In this document: piece after piece, positions 22,178 through 30,785 of the stretch
Layout: the number at the start of each line of letters is the position of its first letter
Numbering within the stretch: position 1 is the stretch's first letter
NCBI GenBank assembly: GCA_040389385.1
Contig: JAZKAA010000003.1
Coordinates: 39,295-103,294 of the forward strand
Reading direction: 5' to 3'
Source: Patescibacteria group bacterium
GTDB taxonomy: Bacteria; Patescibacteriota; Minisyncoccia; Phycocordibacterales; SBAW01
Length of the DNA: 64,000 nucleotides
Notes under the pieces: generated by a model
What the model was told of the DNA's origin: nothing
Database searches by the model: none
The model's input: only the letters and a program-made list of their open reading frames with translations
Position numbers and translations under genes: made by a program

Positions 22178-23047
22178 ATGTATCCCTACGGCCCATGGAT
22201 CGAGCAGTTGCCGAGCGGCTATGTGCCCCGCCAACAATGGCCCGAGTATGACATTACGACCACGCTGCTCCCCAGAGCTCACCCCCGCTACGTGGGCTCA
22301 GGCACGCGTTGGGGTATGTGGCCCCTCTATTTTGAAGAGTATGTACAACAAGCCGAGCCTGTACTGTCTCCCCAACGCAAAGACCCTGCACGCATAGTTA
22401 TATGGCAACGCGTCGTCCCTCTCGGTAGATGTATCGGTTGGACGCAATTTTCTTTTAAGCCTGCAAAGCTTGAGGGATTTTCCATGCTCGAGCCAGGAAT
22501 GCCGTACGAAAAAACGTGGTCCGAATCGGCACGGCGGTATCTCAAAAAATGGCGCACGCAGTATGCAGGCACGCAGTATGTCATAGAGCCCATCACATAC
22601 GAGGAATTTGCAGAGACATACAAGGACGGTACCGTATATAAACACGCACAGGAGTATCAATTGAGGGTCGTTAAGGCTCTCCTCGGTTCTCCCAAAAGCC
22701 GGCAACACACAACACTGTGGGGAGCGCGGCGTCTTGATATAGGCAAGATAGATGCGACGCTTGTTGTAGTGTCTTCTCCCTCTACCCACTCTTCGTATTA
22801 TCAAGCGGCGTGTATCCGCCGGAATATCGCCGACGCCCCTCTTATGATTGGGCTTATGGACCATTGGCACGCCTACGCAGTTACAAACGGAATCAAGTTT
22901 CTGCACTTTGGCGGATTTTGGAAACCCGGCGACCCAAAGCAATGGAAAGGGTTTTCTCTATTTAAGTCCAAATTTAATCCTCAGTACATCGCCTATCCCC
23001 CGGCGCTATTCCGTTTCGCTAAAGGCACTATACTGAGACGTACATGA
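22178..23047 (+). CDS. FemAB/CelD-like GNAT-fold acyl/aminoacyl-transferase family protein (start adjusted past tRNA-Leu to MYPYGPW)
   Basis: C-terminal QWKGFSLFKSKFNPQYIAYPPALFRF resembles the FemAB/Acetyltransf_6 signature (...FK.KFG...); paralogous to the C-terminal half of the next gene (TRWGMWPLYFEEY vs TRWCLWPLCFELY). Confidence 0.55.
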   Translation: MYPYGPWIEQLPSGYVPRQQWPEYDITTTLLPRAHPRYVGSGTRWGMWPLYFEEYVQQAEPVLSPQRKDPARIVIWQRVVPLGRCIGWTQFSFKPAKLEGFSMLEPGMPYEKTWSESARRYLKKWRTQYAGTQYVIEPITYEEFAETYKDGTVYKHAQEYQLRVVKALLGSPKSRQHTTLWGARRLDIGKIDATLVVVSSPSTHSSYYQAACIRRNIADAPLMIGLMDHWHAYAVTNGIKFLHFGGFWKPGDPKQWKGFSLFKSKFNPQYIAYPPALFRFAKGTILRRT

Positions 23048-24483
23048 GTTGGCTGACCCGAAAAGACGTTGTCCCCTCGCCAAAAAACGGCGAAATAATT
23101 ACCCGCCGAAGAGGTAGAGCTCAAGAAGTGTTTGTAAAAGGCTGCGGCCAGACCACCGACTATACCAACGCCATGTGGACAGGGGCGTTTGAGCGCCTTG
23201 CTGTTCGTCCGGTACGCCCCGCAGTACTTATGCTAGGCCTTGGCGGTGGCGGCGGTGTCTCCCTTCTGTACGAATATTTTCCCGGCTGCACCATTACAGC
23301 GGTGGAGTACGATCCGGTAATGATAAAACTGGCGCGGGAAGCTCTTACACAACAGGCTGTCACCCTTCCAACGATAATGGAGATGGATGCCGCATTAGTA
23401 TTTAGCCACATTGCAGAAAAGTTTGACGTCATTATTGTGGACCTCTTTGACGGACCGGAACCGTCCTTACTGTCTAAAGATACGACATACCTCCGGGCGC
23501 TGCAGGCACACCTAAACCCTTCTGGTGTCGTACTACTCAATGTATACAAAAATAAAGAATACCTAGAAGCGGCTTCAGGGATCTTTGGATGGTCTGACGT
23601 ATGGACCTACAAAGAGAATCATCTCGGCGCTTTCCGCACTACTGCTGTTGGGTTTACTCCGCCCGATGCATGGAAGGAGTACGGCATGGTCGCTCTACCC
23701 GCGCCCTTATGTCGTCGCGAAAATGTTGAGGGAGGTACGCGGTGGTGTCTATGGCCGCTGTGCTTTGAGCTCTACACAAGCGATACCGAGCCCAACATTG
23801 CGTCCAACGCGCATGGCGCGCTTGCCTACAATCGCATTGTGCTGTGGAAACGGGTTGCCCGCACGGACGTGCCTGCCGGATGGCATGCACCTATGCGGCC
23901 GCGACCGTGGCGCACAGACGGTTTTTTTGAATTACAATCCGGCGTCGATTACACCGAGCTATGGCATAAGAAAGCTCGTCATGATGTGCGTAGGTGGCGC
24001 GAGGACGCCGCCGCAGGGAAATACCGTGTCGAACCGTTGTCATTTGGGCAGTTTGCCGAATCGTATAAAAAAAGTACGGCATACAAAAAAGCCGGGTCTC
24101 ATTTACTCGAGATATTTGAACGCAAGTGGGCGCTGCCGGAGACGCGCGCACAACTCGTGTTGTGGGGCGTACGCGATGTTGTAGCAAACAAAATAATTGC
24201 AGGGATGGCTGTACATTATCCGCCGAGCCAGAGTGCCTCTGTGCGTGAGTGCCCCTTTATGCTCAAAGAGGCCACGTCATCGCATGCAATGACCGGAGTT
24301 ATGGATTATTGGTTTGCCGAGTCACAGCGACGCGGAGTTATGTATCAGGTGTTTACCTATTTTTGGCAACGCGGAGACTCTCGGCAGTGGAAAGGGTTCT
24401 CCGTCTTTAAGTCGCACTTTGTGCAGCAGTATGTCGTGTACCCTCCCCTCTTGTGGCGGTTTGTCCGCGACAAATTTTGGTAA
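23044..24483 (+). CDS. fusion protein: N-terminal spermidine-synthase-like (class I SAM-dependent MTase / aminopropyltransferase fold) domain + C-terminal FemAB/CelD-like domain
   Basis: N-domain VLMLGLGGGGGVSLLYEYF...AVEYDPVMIKLAREAL...DVIIVDLFDGPEP (SpeE-like GGGDGG and DVIIvD motifs). C-domain ends QWKGFSVFKSHFVQQYVVYPPLLWRF, paralogous to 22178-23047; 4-nt overlap with the upstream gene. Confidence 0.55.
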   Translation: MSWLTRKDVVPSPKNGEIITRRRGRAQEVFVKGCGQTTDYTNAMWTGAFERLAVRPVRPAVLMLGLGGGGGVSLLYEYFPGCTITAVEYDPVMIKLAREALTQQAVTLPTIMEMDAALVFSHIAEKFDVIIVDLFDGPEPSLLSKDTTYLRALQAHLNPSGVVLLNVYKNKEYLEAASGIFGWSDVWTYKENHLGAFRTTAVGFTPPDAWKEYGMVALPAPLCRRENVEGGTRWCLWPLCFELYTSDTEPNIASNAHGALAYNRIVLWKRVARTDVPAGWHAPMRPRPWRTDGFFELQSGVDYTELWHKKARHDVRRWREDAAAGKYRVEPLSFGQFAESYKKSTAYKKAGSHLLEIFERKWALPETRAQLVLWGVRDVVANKIIAGMAVHYPPSQSASVRECPFMLKEATSSHAMTGVMDYWFAESQRRGVMYQVFTYFWQRGDSRQWKGFSVFKSHFVQQYVVYPPLLWRFVRDKFW

Positions 24484-24515
24484 GAAGAGAGAAAGTGTGG
24501 TAAAAAAGAAGTCAC

Positions 24516-24588
24516 GCGCCCATAGCTCAGTTGGTAGAGCAACTCCCTCTTAAGGAGATGGTCGTAGGTTCGAATCCTACTGGGCGCA
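24516..24588 (+). tRNA. tRNA-Lys (anticodon CTT), no encoded CCA
   Basis: GCGCCCATAGCTCAGTTGGTAGAGC, anticodon loop CTCTTAA, T-arm GTAGG-TTCGAAT-CCTAC. Confidence 0.85.
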
Positions 24589-24776
24589 CAAAGCAGCTTC
24601 ACGCGATTTTAAGGTGCAACAGGATACAACTGGCGCTTAAAGCGTCGCATTTGTTTTATATATTTAATTACACATTTGTATGCCCTCTCACTCACGCATA
24701 CTTGTATGGCCCACCGTACTTCTTGCCGGTGCGGTCATCTTCTTGTCCTCGGCGATAGCCGTCTTTGCTTAACGGG

Positions 24777-24858
24777 TGCTGGAGAGAGGACTTGAACCTC
24801 CATCCCTTGCGGGACCTGCTCCTAAGGCAGGCGCGTATACCAATTCCGCCACTCCAGC
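24777..24858 (-). tRNA. tRNA-Leu (anticodon TAG), type II, no encoded CCA
   Basis: Revcomp GCGCTGGAGTGGCGGAATTGGTATACGCG CCTGC-CTTAGGA-GCAGG ... GGAGG-TTCAAGT-CCTCT CTCCAGCA. Confidence 0.8.
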
Positions 24859-24887
24859 GCTATAGCACGGGGCTATTTTAGCACGCT

Positions 24888-24916
24888 TGACAATATTGTA
24901 CAATATGATATAATAC
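24888..24916 (+). promoter_or_regulatory. near-consensus sigma70-type promoter TTGACA-N16-TATAAT with a palindrome (TATTGTACAATA) in the spacer
   Basis: Read directly: TTGACAatattgtacaatatgaTATAAT ~50 nt upstream of the 24967 gene. Confidence 0.5.
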
Positions 24917-24966
24917 CCCCTAGGACACCCGTCCTTCTCATTCAACTCAAACCGAAGGGGGCCAAA

Positions 24967-25401
24967 ATGACTCAACTGCCAAGGACGGTAAAGAAGACAG
25001 ACCGCCATACGGCGCGCTGGGCGACGCTGTTGCTCATCGTGTTTATGTTGGGGGTTCAGTACGCACCCGAGTCAATTCTGCTCTTGATAAGAATCAAAGA
25101 GTGGTTGCCGGACGTGCTTCTTCTTTACATGACGATCGAAATCTACGAGACATCACAACAAAGCTGGACCAAAATCACGGAATTCTTCTGGGACAACGGC
25201 TTGTCCTTCGCCGGCATGATCGTCGGCATCGTGATATTTGTCCTGCTGTTTGCCCGCCCGGGATATACGCTCAGCTACGAGCATATCCTGATCGAGCGTT
25301 GGTGCACACTCGCGTGCGCGTTCGACTTCTTTCTCGGTCTCGCAATCGTGTTCAGAATCACGTCTGCAGCCCGGGAGCGTGAAGAATTTCCCGCCCATTA
25401 A
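24967..25401 (+). CDS. hypothetical membrane protein (144 aa)
   Basis: Three or four hydrophobic helices; no motif recognised. Confidence 0.45.
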   Translation: MTQLPRTVKKTDRHTARWATLLLIVFMLGVQYAPESILLLIRIKEWLPDVLLLYMTIEIYETSQQSWTKITEFFWDNGLSFAGMIVGIVIFVLLFARPGYTLSYEHILIERWCTLACAFDFFLGLAIVFRITSAAREREEFPAH

Positions 25402-25418
25402 GACAACAGGAGACATCT

Positions 25419-25982
25419 ATGCGTGGTTTGTTTCGAATCCTCCTCGGGTTGGGAGCACTCGCTCTCTTCATCGGTGGAATCTACGGCGGTATCTGGTTCA
25501 AGGGTGCCCCGGCTGAACAACCGCCGCCCGAAAAGGTGGTGGAGAAAAAAGTCGACCCTGCCAAGCCGGCAGACGGCGGCACGTGCGAGGAGCGCGGGTT
25601 GCGCCTCGTTGCGTGCCGGACCGACGACATCCGCCGGGAGAAAGAGGCAAAGTCTGCTGCCAAGCCGGAGTCCAAAACCGACAGTAAGTGGCCTGCCTGG
25701 CTTCCGTCGCTGCCGGAGTACGAGCAGGGGGTGCCGAGCTACTGCGGCGGTACATACCCCAAGATCGTGCTCTATCGCGACCCTCAACAGATACCCGAGG
25801 GCTGCAAGAGCGCAACCATGCGGCCCACCGAGGGTGCCATTGAGTATCTCGACAAAGACCTCAACCCCTTGGTAAGAGAAAAGGCCAAGGGTCCCTCGGC
25901 CGGCAAGCTGCCCACCGCCTACTGGGTGCGCTCGGTCGGACCAAGGGCGGTTGCCATCGGCATCTTCCCGCCCAAGGACTAG
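25419..25982 (+). CDS. hypothetical secreted/membrane-anchored protein (187 aa)
   Basis: N-terminal signal/anchor LLGLGALALFIGGIYGGIWF; Lys/Pro-rich linker; Cys-containing C-domain. Confidence 0.5.
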   Translation: MRGLFRILLGLGALALFIGGIYGGIWFKGAPAEQPPPEKVVEKKVDPAKPADGGTCEERGLRLVACRTDDIRREKEAKSAAKPESKTDSKWPAWLPSLPEYEQGVPSYCGGTYPKIVLYRDPQQIPEGCKSATMRPTEGAIEYLDKDLNPLVREKAKGPSAGKLPTAYWVRSVGPRAVAIGIFPPKD

Positions 25983-26014
25983 ATCTTTGGTCTCAACAAA
26001 CAATACGGCGCGCT

Positions 26015-26097
26015 ACGAAAGTAGCGCGCCGCTTTATTTCCCGACGCTCTGGTCGGGACCCCGACCGCTTTCGCGCGTCGGGGTTTATTTTTTTAAT
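26015..26097. terminator. triple-hairpin bidirectional terminator region; its last two hairpins (26040-26097) form a repeat shared with 58726-58770
   Basis: GGCGCGCTAC-gaaa-GTAGCGCGCC, then CCCGAC-gctctg-GTCGGG, then CCCCGAC-cgctttcgcgc-GTCGGGG followed by TTTATTTTTTT. Confidence 0.6.
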
Positions 26098-26344
26098 GCA
26101 GCGAATTGACCGTATTTTGTATCAGCGTCAGTATCCCAAACGACGCGACCATAATAAACATGCCCACCACGCCCCATAGCATGTGCTGCTTGCCGGTGTT
26201 GCTCTCTTTGCCGCCCACGTTGGCTGCCCACAAAAATTGCACTAACCCCCAGATAAACACCACAAGCGCGATCCCAAAAATAAGCAGTATCGCGGGGTTG
26301 ATAAGCACTCTCGTCACGTTGTTGACGAGTGTCGTAACGTCCAT
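26093..26344 (-). CDS. small two-TM protein, VirB2/TrbC-like pilin-family paralog 1 (83 aa)
   Basis: Pattern hydrophobic helix-FIWGLVQFLW-Gly/Lys loop-MLWGVVGMFIMVASFGILTLIQNT; array of four similar genes. Confidence 0.55.
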   Translation of the reverse strand: MDVTTLVNNVTRVLINPAILLIFGIALVVFIWGLVQFLWAANVGGKESNTGKQHMLWGVVGMFIMVASFGILTLIQNTVNSLH

Positions 26345-26353
26345 ACAGTTAGC

Positions 26354-26632
26354 TTAGCGTTGTGGGACCTGCGGGATAGCCACCGGCGCCACCGAGACGC
26401 CGAGCGTGTTTTGCATCAAGCGGATGATACCCCAGACCGAGACCATCACAAAGAGTGCCAAAAGGCCTGCGATCATGATATGTCTACCGCTTGCGGCATC
26501 TTTGCCTGCACCTTTAACGTACTTAAAGAGACCCCAGAAAAAGATAATGACTGTAAGCGCAATGACTACCGGGATAAGCCGGTTGAGTGTGTCCCCTACA
26601 AAAGCAATGAGCTGCGGGATGTTGGATAGCAT
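26354..26632 (-). CDS. small two-TM protein, VirB2/TrbC-like paralog 2 (92 aa)
   Basis: IIFFWGLFKYVKGAGKDAASGRHIMIAGLLALFVMVSVWGIIRLMQNT. Confidence 0.55.
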   Translation of the reverse strand: MLSNIPQLIAFVGDTLNRLIPVVIALTVIIFFWGLFKYVKGAGKDAASGRHIMIAGLLALFVMVSVWGIIRLMQNTLGVSVAPVAIPQVPQR

Positions 26633-26700
26633 AAAAATCTATAAATGGTTATGTTAGTAAGTGTAGCATCCTCTAAACGGGCAAGGCCGGGCTCTGTGGA

Positions 26701-27033
26701 TTACGGCTGCCACTGTCCATAAGAGCTCGGACTGGTAAAGTTGGACGCCGTACCCGCATTTGGGGTCCCGCAATTTGACGCGAGCAAAGAGTCGCAGGCT
26801 ATACGCAGTATCCCCCAGATAGAAAAGAGGATAAACAGCGCCACGAGGCTCCAGACCATTGTTTTCCGGCGGCTTCCTGCACTTTTGCCTCCGGACGATT
26901 GGTATACATACTGAAACGCCCCCCACATAAACAAGAGCACCGCGGCTGCAGCCAGCACCCCCACCAGCTGATTGAGTATCCCCACAAGGTAGGCAATGAC
27001 CGAGGCAAACGTGGCAGTGGATGAGGTGACCAT
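26701..27033 (-). CDS. small two-TM protein, VirB2/TrbC-like paralog 3 (110 aa)
   Basis: LLFMWGAFQYVYQSSGGKSAGSRRKTMVWSLVALFILFSIWGILRIA. Confidence 0.55.
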   Translation of the reverse strand: MVTSSTATFASVIAYLVGILNQLVGVLAAAAVLLFMWGAFQYVYQSSGGKSAGSRRKTMVWSLVALFILFSIWGILRIACDSLLASNCGTPNAGTASNFTSPSSYGQWQP

Positions 27034-27453
27034 TTAGTTGCAGGTGAGAATATTGGCGCCGCCTATGGCGTTGATGGTGCCGGCTATAATCATCGCCAAG
27101 ACCCATGCGCCCACAAACAGCGCTATGCCTATAACGGTGTAATAAAAGTTGCGGCGCGCCGCCTGTAAGTCTTTTGGCTTGCCTTGCGCCAGGACAAACC
27201 TAAAGCCCGACCAAATAATAAACAGTACCGCCACAGGGATCCCGACAGCGACAGCGCCCTCGAGGATCTTTTTGAGCAGGCCGCAGACGCTGGTTACCTG
27301 GAGCGGATTGTTGACCGAGTAGGAGCCGTTAGAGGGTGTCGGTTGAGGTGTATCAAATGTAGCGGCTCCCGCCAACAGCGGCGCAGAAATCAAAAACATA
27401 ACAACAAGCCCGATAATAAACCGCTGCCTATATAAAGCTAAAGCCATATGCAA
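27034..27453 (-). CDS. small signal-peptide + two-TM protein, VirB2/TrbC-like paralog 4 (139 aa)
   Basis: Signal peptide; VLFIIWSGFRFVLAQGKPKDLQAARRNFYYTVIGIALFVGAWVLAMIIAG; directly abuts paralog 3 (no gap). Confidence 0.55.
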   Translation of the reverse strand: MHMALALYRQRFIIGLVVMFLISAPLLAGAATFDTPQPTPSNGSYSVNNPLQVTSVCGLLKKILEGAVAVGIPVAVLFIIWSGFRFVLAQGKPKDLQAARRNFYYTVIGIALFVGAWVLAMIIAGTINAIGGANILTCN

Positions 27454-27455
27454 AA

Positions 27456-28760
27456 TTACTGTCCGCGGTTGGGCAAAAGCGCGTTAAATCCTTGTGCCGC
27501 CTCGCTCACCGCGCCCGCCGGGTCGTTGGCGCCCGATAGCACCGATTGTATCATGGAGGCAAACAGCTGGTCGGTCGTTACGGGGTCCGGGTCTACCCAG
27601 CCGTGCGCAAGCAAAGCTGATTGTAAAAACACGCTCGCCGCCGCGTTGGCGGAGGTGTCCGCCGCCACGTCACGCCGCCCGGAGGGCAAGCCGGTGGTAG
27701 TCATCCATGTCGTTGCGGCCGCAGGCGAGGTGAGCTTTTGCGCCACGGCGAGCGCTCCGTTGGGATTTTTAGCACTGCGCGGTATAGCAAGCCCGCTCAG
27801 TCTGCCAAACGTGCTCTGGCTGCTCGACCCCTTAAGCTGCGGCAGTACCGCCACACCCACCGAGAGGTTGGGGTTGCGTGCCAAGAGCGCGCGGTACTCG
27901 CTCGCAAACCCAAAGTATGTGGCCAAGTTGCCCGCGGCAAAGGCGTCTGTGGAGTTGGGCAGAGCCCTGTTCCAAGAGTAGGTGGCCTTGGTCGGATTGG
28001 CAAACTCGGTGTAAAAGCGCAATGCCGCGGCGGCCGGCGCCTCTGTCGCACCGTTGGGGACCGACCCAAAGGTCGATACAAGCGCGCCGCTCGCCGTGCG
28101 CCCCGTCAGCAACTCCCCCGCCTGGATAAACAGTGCCGAGAGTATCGCCTTGGCGTCCGTAATGTTGCCCCAGGTGCCAAGTGCTACGGCGCTGCGCGTA
28201 ACACCCTGCGAGCTGTCGAGTTTGCGCAGGATTGGCGATATGTTGAGCAGGTCGCTCCAGTATTGCGGCGGCGAGGCTTGGCCTGCGCTCACGTACAAAT
28301 CGCGGTTCCAGTACATCACCAGCGGGTCGACATCAAACGGCAACGCAAGCACCCCTTGCGGCGTCAAAAACAGCCGCCCCTCGTCTATATAATTGGCAAG
28401 AAACGTCGCCTGCGACACCGCGGCGTACGGCACGAGCGCCACCTTGTCGCCAAACTGGCCGATGTCCTCTTGCGACACGACAAACAGGTCGGGCGCGGTG
28501 CCGGCGGCCATGGCGTTGAGCAGGTCGGCGCTGTAGGTGGTCGCGCTTTTTTCTATATATGTGGTGTCACTGAGCGAGCTGTCGCTTTGCCGCAGACTAT
28601 CGAGCAGGTACTGCATCGTGGCCTGGTCCTCGGTGCCCCAGATAGTTACCGCGCCGACGCTTTGTCCGCCAAAGGCACCGCCAAATATCGCAAAAATGGC
28701 AACCCCCGCGATGAGGAAAAAGGCAAACAACCCTATGACAACCATTTGGAATCCCGACAT
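27456..28760 (-). CDS. extracellular solute-binding protein (ABC-transporter SBP family 1-like), N-terminally membrane-anchored; no permease or ATPase adjacent
   Basis: 434 aa; N-terminal TM then DLFVVSQEDIGQFGDKVALVPY..., typical of sugar-type SBPs. Confidence 0.65.
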   Translation of the reverse strand: MSGFQMVVIGLFAFFLIAGVAIFAIFGGAFGGQSVGAVTIWGTEDQATMQYLLDSLRQSDSSLSDTTYIEKSATTYSADLLNAMAAGTAPDLFVVSQEDIGQFGDKVALVPYAAVSQATFLANYIDEGRLFLTPQGVLALPFDVDPLVMYWNRDLYVSAGQASPPQYWSDLLNISPILRKLDSSQGVTRSAVALGTWGNITDAKAILSALFIQAGELLTGRTASGALVSTFGSVPNGATEAPAAAALRFYTEFANPTKATYSWNRALPNSTDAFAAGNLATYFGFASEYRALLARNPNLSVGVAVLPQLKGSSSQSTFGRLSGLAIPRSAKNPNGALAVAQKLTSPAAATTWMTTTGLPSGRRDVAADTSANAAASVFLQSALLAHGWVDPDPVTTDQLFASMIQSVLSGANDPAGAVSEAAQGFNALLPNRGQ

Positions 28761-28761
28761 G

Positions 28762-29337
28762 CTAGTGTTTGGTGCCCTGACTCTTCTTCTTTAGTATACA
28801 GCCCCAATGATAGGCGCCTGCGGGTAATGCATCTCCCGCCACAAAACCGTTTTGCTCAAAAACTTCGCGCGCTTGGTCTTGGGTAACCACGTGGTCCTCG
28901 CGGGGCCCGAGGCCACCAAACGTGCCCGCCCAGTCTACAAGTGCAACCTTGCCGCCCGGCTTAAGCACCCGGGCGGCCTCTCCCGCCACACAGCCCTTGC
29001 ACTCCATCGCAAAGAGCGTGTTGCAGATAAACACCATATCAAAATAGTTTTCCGGTAGGTGTGTGCCGCCCAGATGCGAGACATCGCCCTGCATCACCTC
29101 GATATTTTTGAGCCCTTCGCCTTGCGCGACATTTTTTATCCGCGGCAGCAGGTCGCGATTTTGGTCCACAGCCCACACCACACCGCCGGGGCCTACCGCG
29201 CGGCCCAACGCGCGCGCGACAAAGCCCGAGCCGGCGCCAAAGTCGGCGACCTTCATCCCCTCATGCACCATCGCGGCGTGCACAAGCTTGGCAGGATTTA
29301 AAAAAGAGCTTTCAGCCATGCACTCATTGTAACGCAA
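28762..29337 (-). CDS. class I SAM-dependent methyltransferase
   Basis: Motif I VADFGAGSGFVA, post-I acidic residue, LKPGGKVALVDW. Confidence 0.75.
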   Translation of the reverse strand: MRYNECMAESSFLNPAKLVHAAMVHEGMKVADFGAGSGFVARALGRAVGPGGVVWAVDQNRDLLPRIKNVAQGEGLKNIEVMQGDVSHLGGTHLPENYFDMVFICNTLFAMECKGCVAGEAARVLKPGGKVALVDWAGTFGGLGPREDHVVTQDQAREVFEQNGFVAGDALPAGAYHWGCILKKKSQGTKH

Positions 29338-29355
29338 AATAAAAAGACGCCCTTG

Positions 29356-29745
29356 TTAGAGCGTCCCGGTGTAGCCGACCAATTGGGCAAAGCGGATTTT
29401 GGCGTTCATCCAACCGCTAGTCAGTGGTGCGAAGAAACACTTGCGCGAGCCACCCCACTGACAGCGCCAGTAGGAATATTCTGCCCCCGGCCACGTCGGA
29501 GTCGCTTCCGAAAACGGCACCGTCTCCTTAATTGAGACAACGTAGTACCCAGCCGAGGTGATTTTGACATCTGCGTCGGTTAGCCCGAAGCAGTCCCGCT
29601 CGCCGCAACACAACTCGCCGGCCGCATTTTTGAAGCCCCCGCGCTGAATCCACTCCGCAGGCCCATGCGCGTGAGCCACCGACAGCGCAATCCACAAGCA
29701 CGCTCCCGCCACAAGCAAAGCCAAGCCGTAGCATATAGCTCGCAT
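29356..29745 (-). CDS. hypothetical small secreted Cys-rich protein (129 aa)
   Basis: Signal peptide LALLVAGACLWIALSVAHA; CCGERDC motif. Confidence 0.45.
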   Translation of the reverse strand: MRAICYGLALLVAGACLWIALSVAHAHGPAEWIQRGGFKNAAGELCCGERDCFGLTDADVKITSAGYYVVSIKETVPFSEATPTWPGAEYSYWRCQWGGSRKCFFAPLTSGWMNAKIRFAQLVGYTGTL

Positions 29746-29866
29746 AGCATCCTCCTGACGCTAGGGGTTGCCGGCATGGAGATAAACCGCTCCACTGTTC
29801 AGCCTATTTTCATATTGCCCCGCTGTCAAATGACAACAATAAAAAAGCTCCGCGCAGTGGCGGAAC

Positions 29867-30484
29867 TTATTTCTGACAGTTTGGGGACTTAGCGATATCT
29901 TTGGGGATAGTGAGAGAATTCTCTTTCTCCAGAAAACTCATCACCTGCCACTTGTCGGGTATCAACACCTCCGCGACGCCACTATGGAGACGCTCCGGCT
30001 GCTGGTTGGCGGCGCGCACTTTGGAGATATTGAGCTGTACCTTGCTGAGCACAGGTCGGCCGGGGGCCAGAAACGTTTTGAGTACCCGCTGACACGGCTC
30101 CAGACTAATGGCGGTGGCCCCCATCTGAGCAAAGGCTGACTCGCCAAACTCTCTGGCGTACAACGCCTGCACAGAGACCTTGAGGGGGTGTGGGCTGTCG
30201 TTGTCGACAATGATCCCCAAGCGATAGACATCGTGTATGTCCACCCCCTCGTTCTTGAGGTCGCTTTGCCACTTGTCGGCGGCAAGTCCCGCAGAGCGCA
30301 GCAGACTCACAAACTCAATCGGGATTTTGGTGCAAAAGCGGGAGATTACGACGCGAGACTCCTTGTCGCGCTGGAGCCCGATGTCGAGCGGGGCCAGCCT
30401 ATCGGCACCGCAGTAGTCGCGGCCCTCGGCAGCAGCCGGGGCAACAAACAGGCAAAGCATCAGCAACAGGGCGCCGAGGCGCAT
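29867..30484 (-). CDS. hypothetical secreted protein (205 aa)
   Basis: Signal peptide MRLGALLLMLCLFVAPAAAEG. Confidence 0.45.
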   Translation of the reverse strand: MRLGALLLMLCLFVAPAAAEGRDYCGADRLAPLDIGLQRDKESRVVISRFCTKIPIEFVSLLRSAGLAADKWQSDLKNEGVDIHDVYRLGIIVDNDSPHPLKVSVQALYAREFGESAFAQMGATAISLEPCQRVLKTFLAPGRPVLSKVQLNISKVRAANQQPERLHSGVAEVLIPDKWQVMSFLEKENSLTIPKDIAKSPNCQK

Positions 30485-30785
30485 CGGTAGCTCCTATACA
30501 AGAGGCAGATTCGTCCGCCGCTACCGTATCACAAAAAAGAGTTGTGGCCTACTGGTTAGTGGCCACCTGGCCCCGGTCGGCCGAGGCGTGTTTTTGAGTT
30601 TCTAAAAGAGTGACGCCCCAAAGCGAGTAGAGAGCAATAACGGTCAGCGCCAAGGCCACCGTCCCGACCAACCCGATGTTTTTCTCTACTCGCGCGCGCA
30701 TACTACTATATACGCACAGCGAGCGTGATTCTTACATGAATTTTTGCCGGAAATAAAAAATCTCCGCACCAACTGTGGGCGGAGA

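Noticed and set aside
27738-28886. 382-aa Arg-rich plus-strand ORF
   Set aside because: Antisense to the solute-binding-protein gene.
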